Shown here: piece after piece, positions 7,675 to 14,155 of the stretch
Position numbering within the stretch: the first letter of the stretch is position 1
How the letters are laid out: each line of letters begins with the position of its first letter
Source: Candidatus Sumerlaeia bacterium
GTDB taxonomy: Bacteria; Sumerlaeota; Sumerlaeia; SLMS01
DNA length: 14,155 nucleotides
Assembly (NCBI GenBank): GCA_038208905.1
Contig: JBBQYG010000100.1
Span: forward strand, 1-14,155
Direction of reading: 5' to 3'
The notes under the pieces: model-generated
The model's input: only the letters and a program-made list of their open reading frames with translations
Told to the model about the DNA's origin: nothing
Databases searched by the model: none
Translations under genes and position numbers: made by a program

Positions 7675-7702
7675 GATTCCCCATTCCCTGTTCCCCATTC
7701 CC
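7675..7702 (-). repeat. Four tandem GGGAA-NN heptamers on the minus strand (right arm of the inverted repeat)
   Basis: Plus strand GATTCCC CATTCCC TGTTCCC CATTCCC, equal to minus strand GGGAATG GGGAACA GGGAATG GGGAATC, just downstream of the giant gene's stop. Confidence 0.88.
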
Positions 7703-7706
7703 CACC

Positions 7707-10700
7707 TCACTTCTTCCCCGTATCCGTGTCCCCAAAGAATATATCCGAATCCAGTGCCTTCAGCGCGTCGCGGCGGAGGATGGTTTCATTGAGGCGCTTG
7801 CGGGTTTTCTGGTCGCTTGGGTTGATGGCGAGGATGCGTTCACAGTTGGTGACGGCGTGGCCAAGGTCATTGCGGGCAATGTAGATATCGACGGCGATGG
7901 ACAGTTCGGAGAGCGTCTCTGTGATTTGTCCCAGTTGCTTGTAGACATCGGCGATCTTGACCCGGACCTCGGCGTTCTGGGGATTGACGGCGAGGATGTC
8001 CCGATAGTCCTCGACGATCTGGGCGAGGGCCTCCTCGCCTTCCTTGCGATCCATCTCGTCGAGCGTCCCCTTAAGCAGATCGGTGGGACTCTTCTCTCCG
8101 CCGATCATGGCGATCTGAGTATCTGAGAGATCGAATTCCTCCGCGGCATCCCGCCCAAGGGGCCGATCGGCAAGGCCGAGCGTGGGATCGCCTTCGGCGA
8201 GGCGACGGCGCACCTCCGTGCCAGTGCGCGTTTGCGTTGCGGTGAGCATCTCTTTCACCGCCGTGTTGCGGGGATCGATGGAGGTGACGAGCTGGAACAT
8301 GGCCACTGCCTCGTCCACTTCGCCCGCGTCCACCAGGTTCTGGGCAAAGGCGAGCATGTCATCCACGATCTCGTTCAGCTTCCCGGCCTTGGGATACTGG
8401 CGGATGAATTCGCGCTTGGCCTCGAGATCATTGGGGGCGAGCGCGATAACCTTGCGCAGGATATCGATGGCACCGCGGAAGTCGCCCAAGGCGATCAGTC
8501 GGCGGGAAAACTCGCGGTAATCCGGGAGGATATCTATTTCCTTCCCGATGGGCAGGTATACATGGAAGAATTCCCGCCAGGCGGCGGTTTCGTCGGGAGA
8601 GATCGCGAGGAGGCGGCGGTACTCGGCCAACGCAAGGTCGGCCATGCCACGCTCGGCATAGCTCTTCGCGAGGACGCGCATCTCCGAGTATGCCTCTCCG
8701 CGCTGGCCCGAGGCTATCAACAGCTGGATATAGCGGCGGCGATGGTCCACGTCGAGGGGATCGACCTCGAGCAGTTCGCGGAGCGCATCGGTCTGGCCGT
8801 TCTCGTCCCGGCGGGCCGTATAGACATCGAGCGCCTCGCGAAACTCGCGCGCCGCGGCGCCACGCGACTCGGCGGCCTTGTGGATGCGGCCAAGCGTCAT
8901 GTGGTACTCGGTATCCTCGACCACGTGGGGGCGTATTCGGTCCAGGGCCGAGAGCGCCCTTGGGAACTTCCCCTTGAGGAGGAGCAGCTTGGCGAGGCGG
9001 ACGCCGGTGATGATCGCCTGCTGGTGGTCTGGCCGCGCGATGTGATACTCTAGCTGGGCCTCCATGACATCCTCGCGGTCGGGCGCGAGCTCGACAAGGC
9101 GATCGAAGTATGTGCGAGCCTCGGCCTGGGAACCATTGCGACAGAGGAATACGGCGACCTTGAGGTAGTCGTCCACGAGGTGGAACTCGTCGAGGAACTG
9201 GCGCATGATTTGGATATACCGCAGGCGGACGGCGTTGTCGTCGGGGCTGAAGGTGAGGATCTTGGCGAGCGTCGCGCCGCACTCCCGCATGTCGCCGCGC
9301 TGGTACAGGAGGTCGGCCAGCTTGCGCAGGTTGGCTTCGATGGACTCGCGGTCGCCATCGACCTCGGTTAGTTCAACAAGCTTTGCAAGGGGGGCGGGTT
9401 CCTCCGGCAGTATGGCGACGATCTCTCTCGCCACCGCGGCGGCGCGCTCGCGATTGCCAAGCTGGAGGTGCGACGAGATCAGTTCCTCGGAAAGCGCGAC
9501 GGCGTCCTCGTTCATGCCGAGCTGGCAGAGGAGCCTCAACTTGATCTCCCCCGCGCTTACGTCGCCGGGGTGCAGGTCCAGCGCGCCATCGATCTCCACC
9601 AGAGCCTCCTCTCGCCGCCCCTCGCGCTCATACTCGCGGGCAAGGTCGGCAAGCTCGTGGGAGGCTAGTTCGGGAATGCCCGCCGCCTCGTACAGTTCCG
9701 CTGCGCGGCGGCGGAGCGCCTTACCCGTGCCGAGAAGGACGATCCCCTCGATCATCAGGTCGCGAGCCTTGCCAATCTCGCCCTCTCCCACGAGATAGGT
9801 GAGCCCATCGACGAAGACTTGAGTGCCCTTCTCGACTTGATTGCGTCCGCGGTAGAATGTGCCTAGACGGCGGAGGACATCAACGTTGGCGGGTGCGATC
9901 CACGCGGCCTTCAGGAGACCCTCCTCATAGAGGTCGGTGCGGTTCTCCTTGTCGGCGAGATCGCTCATGCGGAGGAAGCTGCGGAGCGCCTTCTCGTCGT
10001 CGCCGACGATGGCGGCGAGCTCGCCCGCGCGGCGCAGGAGGCCAGGTTCGCGGTGATGGATGAGGGCCTGCTCCAGCCAGCCGAGGGCGCGCTCGTGCTC
10101 CTTGCGGGACTGGTGGTAGTCGGCGAGCCAGAGCAGCGCGGCGAGGGCCTTGCCCTTCTGCTTGGCGGCCTCCGCGAGGAACACGGTGAGGCGGCGTGGC
10201 TCGGGGTCGCTCGGCAGCGCGGAGCTGGCTTCCTCCGCTGCGGCGAGTGCTCCCTCCACATCGCCCGCTGTCTGGAGCAACTGGGCCACGGCGACGAATC
10301 GAGCGCTGGCCTCCTTCAGCTTTCCAAGGGCGAGGAAGTGGGCACCGGCCTGGAGGTTGATCGCGGGATTGTTGGCATCAAGCCGAAGGGCCGAGAGGAG
10401 CGAGGCTTCCTCACCCGTGGCGTCGCCGGCCCGGCCTTGGAGTTCGGCAAGCCGCGCGTAAGCCGACGCGGCGGGGAGATCGTCTTCCACCGATTCGAGA
10501 GCGCGCGCGTGGAGAGCGTGGATCGGGCGCGACTCGGGGTCGGCCAGCGCGGCGGAATGAAGGCAGGAAATGCAGGACCGAAAGTCCCCAGCGGCGGCGA
10601 ACGTTTCGGCGGCGGCGAGGAGGTGAGCGGCGCCGTTGGCCGAATCTCCTGCCTCGACATAGGCGCGGCCGAGCTGCTCGCGTATCTGTGGGTCGCCGGG

Positions 10701-13700
10701 CTCGAGTTCGTCGAGGCGCTGGAGCACCTCGACGGCCTCCATGAAGGCGGCCTCGCCGACGTAGAGATGGTGCGCCTCGCGCAGCAGGTCGGTGGCCTGG
10801 TCCGTCTGGCCCGACGCGATGAGAAGTTCTGATAGGCGGAGGCGCGCCTCCAGATTGAGACGGTCGCGCTGGGCGATTTCCCGCCATAGATCCGTGGCCT
10901 GGGCGATATCCCCCTGGGACTCGAGCGCGCGGGCGAGGCGCGCGGCGGCATCAAGAGCGCCCGCCTCGTTGCCCGCTTCCTCCCGCGTGCGGCGAAGACC
11001 GGCGAGCGCGGGCGGGTGATCGGCTTTCAATTCGGTGGCTTGGAGAAAGGCGGCTTCCGCGCCCGCCAGATCCTGCGATTTGAAGGAGGCGTCCCCCCAG
11101 CGGATGAGCAAGTCCATCGCCTCGTCTCCGCGACCGAGCGCCCGCAGGTCGCTTGCGAAACCGCGAAGGGCGGCGATATCCTCGTCGTCGATGGAGAGTA
11201 TCTCGCGATAGGCCCGCTCAAGCTCCTCTGTGCGGCCCGCGGCGGCGAGAAGTGGTATGAGCGCGCGGCACTCCAGGACAATCTCGCTCAGCGGATCATC
11301 CCCGCGCTGCCTGTAGCTATCCAGCAGGCGCAGACGCAGATCAACGTCGGCGGGGCGCAGGCGCACGGCGCGAGCAAGGGCGGCGCTGGCCTCCGCCAGA
11401 TCGTCGGAGGAGGCATTGGACTCTGCGAGGGCGATCCACTGCGCGACGGCTTCCTCGTCCCGGCCCATTCCCTCGTCGGCGAGGGCTCGATAGCGGCGCA
11501 ACCTGCGGTGCCGCGCCAGAAGTTCCTCGTAGGATTCGAGGAGGTCGGCGAGCGGTTGGAAGGCGCGACCCTCGAGTAGGATGGCCGCGGCAGTGGACAA
11601 TACGGCGACGGCCTCGGCCTCGGAATCCTGCTCGATCTGCAGCGCAACGAGCCGAGGCACCAGGCGGGCGTAGTCGGCGAAGCGGCGCGCTTCCGCATAG
11701 AGATCGAGGAGGAGGACTTTGAGTTCCGGCGAAGCGTGGTTGCCGGAGACGGCGGCCTCGCCGGAAGTGATCGCCTCGTCGAGCTTGCCGCGCTGCTGCA
11801 TGGATTCGAGAAGTTGAATCCGGATCGATGCGGCCTCGTCGGACCGCCCCGTCGATTCCAGCACCGTGGCGAGCCGAGTCATGGCCTCGTCGTGTGCGGG
11901 GTCGAGTTCCAGCAGCCGCCTGAGCACCTCGACGCTGGCTTCCGGGCGCCCCTTCTTGTCGTTGACGCGGACGAGGCGGAGGAGCGCCTCCACCGCCCCG
12001 GCACGGTCGCCGTTGGCTTCGCGCAGGTCGGCGTTGAGCCTCAGTGCCTCGGGGTTGGAGGGGTCGAGGCGGAGCATCTCCCGCGCGGCGCGCAGGGGCT
12101 TTTCTGCGTCGCTTCCCGCCAGGCTTGCGACCCTGTGCCAGGCGGCGACGGCGCCGGGTCGGTCGCCGGTCTGCTCGCACAGGTGGGCCAGCAATTCCCA
12201 AGCATCGATGTCGCCTGGGCTCCATGTCATGCAATCGCGAGTCACGGCGACAGCGAGGAGCGGCAAGCCCGTCTCGCGGAGTTCGCGCGCGAGCGGCAAT
12301 GCCACGGCAACTGCCCCGGCGGTATCGCCGAGGTTGTGAAGTTGAAGGGCATAGCGGCGGCGCAACTCGTGGTGGTCGTGGTCGAGCTCCACGAGCGCGT
12401 GCGCCCCCGCACGATACTCCTCCGCCGTGGGAAATCTGCCCGCGGCAAGGCTCAGCGCCTTGAGCAGGAGTGGACGGGATTCCTGGACTTCGCCCTCTCG
12501 GGAGAGGATTCCCACAAGCAGCGCAAGATCGTCGTAGTCATCGGGCTCCAGATGGCGGAGCTGTTCGAGTGCCTCCCGTGCGTCGGCTGGGGCGGTCTCG
12601 GCAACACGCCGCGCAAAGACCCGAAGCCGGTCCACGGCCTCCTCTGGCTGGCCCGCGGCGACGAGTATCTCCACGGCGGGCTGGAGGAACCCGTAGCTCT
12701 CCGGGTTGGCATTGGCAAGCGAGAGGCGGAGCGAGAGCGCGTCCTCCCAGGCGCCGGAGCGGGAAAAGCCATCGCAGAGTTCCTCGGCGAGCGGGATCGC
12801 CTCGTCGAGGCGACCAAGCGCGAGCAAGGCGTGCACACGGCAGCGGCGGACCTGTGGCAAGTCGGCGAGCGATGCGAGGTCGCCCGACGGCTCGGCGAGG
12901 GCCTCTTCCGCCCGGCCAGTGACGACGAAGGCGTCGAGGGCGCGCAGGAGGGACTCGAGGGATTCGGGCTCGTTACCCGAAGTACTGTGAACGCGAGCGC
13001 GTTCGAGGTGAAGCCGTGGGGAGGTCGGCTCGCGATCAAGCTGATGCGAGAGGGCGGCAAGCGCCGAATCGAGATCACCGCGCTCGATCGCACGGGCGCG
13101 AAAGCGATCAGCAATGGCGGTGGCCTGATCGGCGCGGTCGTGATTGCGTAGAATGTCCACCAGCCGAAGGACCGATGGCCAATCCTCCTCGTAGTGATTC
13201 TCGTACTCGCGACAGAGCCGTTCGGCGTCTTCGCTGCGCGATTGCTCCAGCGCGGCGGCAAGGAGCGTGACGTATTCGGCGGCGGCCTCTTCGGAGCGAC
13301 TGCGCGCCACGAGGGCCGTGGCCAGCCGGTGACGGTAGTCGTCGTTGGAAGGATCGCACTCCAGCACGCGTCGCAGAGCGTCGATGGCCGACTCTCCGTC
13401 TCCACGCTTCTCGAAAAGCTCCACGGCAAGGGCCAGCGCTGCGATGGCTGCGGCGGTGTCGCCCTGTGCGCGCAATACCTCGCCGCGCGCCTCGAGGAGT
13501 TCGGGGGACTCGGGGGCCGACACGATCAGTCCGTCGATGGCCTGCAAGGCAAGACCGAGGTCTCCGGCGGCCAATAGGTCCTCGCTGAGCGATGCGATTT
13601 CGGCGGCGAACTGTTCGTGGCGCTCTCCCTCGACAAGCAATCCCGCAAGCAGGACGCGAGCGGAGAAGCGCGTGGGATCGGCGCGGCGGACGGCGAAGAG

Positions 13701-14155
13701 CTGGGCGACGGCGTCGGTGTTTCGACCGTCGGCGATGAAGATTTTGGCGAGCGATTCGCGATAGGGATTGGCGGCGCGGGAATCGTCGCCCTGGGCCAGC
13801 AGTTCGATAAGTCGCGCGAGGATTTCGACGTCGTCGGGTAGCAGATCGGCGAGGGCGCGAAGGATGCTTTCGTCCGACTCGCCGGTCTGCGCAGTGGCAA
13901 GGAGCGCGAGGCGGTAAAGGCGTATCGCTTCCACCGTGTTGCCCAACTTGCCATGCAGCGCGGCGAGCGACTCCTGGCGCGCGCGCGGGAGGGCTCCGAT
14001 GGAATCGAGCTGCGCCAGCGCGGTGAAAGCTGTCTCGCGGTCGCCGACGGCGAGCGACAAATCCGCCGCCTTGGCCAGATCGCCGACGGCGGACGCACGG
14101 CTCTCCACATTGGCGGCGAGGAGGATGCCCCGTTGCGCATGAAATCGGGCGGACC
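7707..14155 (-). CDS. Giant TPR-like alpha-solenoid protein built from 54-aa repeats; 5' end lies outside the window
   Basis: The 2133-aa ORF stays open upstream of GTG 14108 to the window edge (SARFHAQRGILLAAN-V), so it is at least 2148 aa. It has recurrent xP(D/S/N)(D/N)...LA..Y...G...A motifs. No transmembrane segment or catalytic domain was recognised in the visible part. Stop TGA at 7709-7707. Confidence 0.92.
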   Translation of the reverse strand, partial: SARFHAQRGILLAANVESRASAVGDLAKAADLSLAVGDRETAFTALAQLDSIGALPRARQESLAALHGKLGNTVEAIRLYRLALLATAQTGESDESILRALADLLPDDVEILARLIELLAQGDDSRAANPYRESLAKIFIADGRNTDAVAQLFAVRRADPTRFSARVLLAGLLVEGERHEQFAAEIASLSEDLLAAGDLGLALQAIDGLIVSAPESPELLEARGEVLRAQGDTAAAIAALALAVELFEKRGDGESAIDALRRVLECDPSNDDYRHRLATALVARSRSEEAAAEYVTLLAAALEQSRSEDAERLCREYENHYEEDWPSVLRLVDILRNHDRADQATAIADRFRARAIERGDLDSALAALSHQLDREPTSPRLHLERARVHSTSGNEPESLESLLRALDAFVVTGRAEEALAEPSGDLASLADLPQVRRCRVHALLALGRLDEAIPLAEELCDGFSRSGAWEDALSLRLSLANANPESYGFLQPAVEILVAAGQPEEAVDRLRVFARRVAETAPADAREALEQLRHLEPDDYDDLALLVGILSREGEVQESRPLLLKALSLAAGRFPTAEEYRAGAHALVELDHDHHELRRRYALQLHNLGDTAGAVAVALPLARELRETGLPLLAVAVTRDCMTWSPGDIDAWELLAHLCEQTGDRPGAVAAWHRVASLAGSDAEKPLRAAREMLRLDPSNPEALRLNADLREANGDRAGAVEALLRLVRVNDKKGRPEASVEVLRRLLELDPAHDEAMTRLATVLESTGRSDEAASIRIQLLESMQQRGKLDEAITSGEAAVSGNHASPELKVLLLDLYAEARRFADYARLVPRLVALQIEQDSEAEAVAVLSTAAAILLEGRAFQPLADLLESYEELLARHRRLRRYRALADEGMGRDEEAVAQWIALAESNASSDDLAEASAALARAVRLRPADVDLRLRLLDSYRQRGDDPLSEIVLECRALIPLLAAAGRTEELERAYREILSIDDEDIAALRGFASDLRALGRGDEAMDLLIRWGDASFKSQDLAGAEAAFLQATELKADHPPALAGLRRTREEAGNEAGALDAAARLARALESQGDIAQATDLWREIAQRDRLNLEARLRLSELLIASGQTDQATDLLREAHHLYVGEAAFMEAVEVLQRLDELEPGDPQIREQLGRAYVEAGDSANGAAHLLAAAETFAAAGDFRSCISCLHSAALADPESRPIHALHARALESVEDDLPAASAYARLAELQGRAGDATGEEASLLSALRLDANNPAINLQAGAHFLALGKLKEASARFVAVAQLLQTAGDVEGALAAAEEASSALPSDPEPRRLTVFLAEAAKQKGKALAALLWLADYHQSRKEHERALGWLEQALIHHREPGLLRRAGELAAIVGDDEKALRSFLRMSDLADKENRTDLYEEGLLKAAWIAPANVDVLRRLGTFYRGRNQVEKGTQVFVDGLTYLVGEGEIGKARDLMIEGIVLLGTGKALRRRAAELYEAAGIPELASHELADLAREYEREGRREEALVEIDGALDLHPGDVSAGEIKLRLLCQLGMNEDAVALSEELISSHLQLGNRERAAAVAREIVAILPEEPAPLAKLVELTEVDGDRESIEANLRKLADLLYQRGDMRECGATLAKILTFSPDDNAVRLRYIQIMRQFLDEFHLVDDYLKVAVFLCRNGSQAEARTYFDRLVELAPDREDVMEAQLEYHIARPDHQQAIITGVRLAKLLLLKGKFPRALSALDRIRPHVVEDTEYHMTLGRIHKAAESRGAAAREFREALDVYTARRDENGQTDALRELLEVDPLDVDHRRRYIQLLIASGQRGEAYSEMRVLAKSYAERGMADLALAEYRRLLAISPDETAAWREFFHVYLPIGKEIDILPDYREFSRRLIALGDFRGAIDILRKVIALAPNDLEAKREFIRQYPKAGKLNEIVDDMLAFAQNLVDAGEVDEAVAMFQLVTSIDPRNTAVKEMLTATQTRTGTEVRRRLAEGDPTLGLADRPLGRDAAEEFDLSDTQIAMIGGEKSPTDLLKGTLDEMDRKEGEEALAQIVEDYRDILAVNPQNAEVRVKIADVYKQLGQITETLSELSIAVDIYIARNDLGHAVTNCERILAINPSDQKTRKRLNETILRRDALKALDSDIFFGDTDTGKK

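Noticed and set aside
7574-7702. CRISPR array or IS terminal inverted repeats
   Set aside because: The units are 7 nt with no spacers, and there is no cas gene, transposase or evident target-site duplication.
14106-14108. GTG 14108 as the start of the giant protein
   Set aside because: The frame is open to the window edge, there is no SD upstream, and the helical pattern continues, so the true start probably lies outside the window.
8182-14142. Many 60-470-aa ORFs overlapping the giant gene (e.g. 11736..13151 +, 12452..13429 -)
   Set aside because: Alternative frames are stop-poor in high-GC coding DNA; none shows a recognisable domain.
7707-14155. Assignment as an anti-phage defence sensor or as gliding-motility protein AgmK
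   Set aside because: No NTPase, nuclease, TIR, CHAT or other effector motif is visible and no motility genes are adjacent. The missing N-terminus means these roles cannot be fully excluded, but nothing in the window supports them.

Overview
GC-rich bacterial window with three parts. (1) At the left edge, the 5' part of a minus-strand ECF-type sigma-70 factor gene, which is missing from the supplied ORF track and carries an in-frame G10 tract. (2) A divergent, tightly packed plus-strand five-gene envelope cluster: a WecA/TagO-like MraY-family phosphoglycosyl transferase, a lipoprotein with a long coiled coil and a C-terminal OmpA/MotB-type peptidoglycan-binding domain, a GT2 glycosyltransferase, and a translationally coupled heterodimeric ABC exporter pair (MdlA/MdlB-like, one degenerate ATP site). 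(3) A convergent giant minus-strand alpha-helical repeat protein (at least 2148 aa, open at the window edge). Its repeat unit, counted by hand, is 54 aa (34+20) rather than the canonical 34-aa TPR, and this is the most unusual signal in the window. Two inverted arrays of GGGA-NNN heptamers sit at the convergent junction. No rRNA, tRNA, CRISPR array or transposase was recognised. All calls come from reading the sequence; no searches were run.
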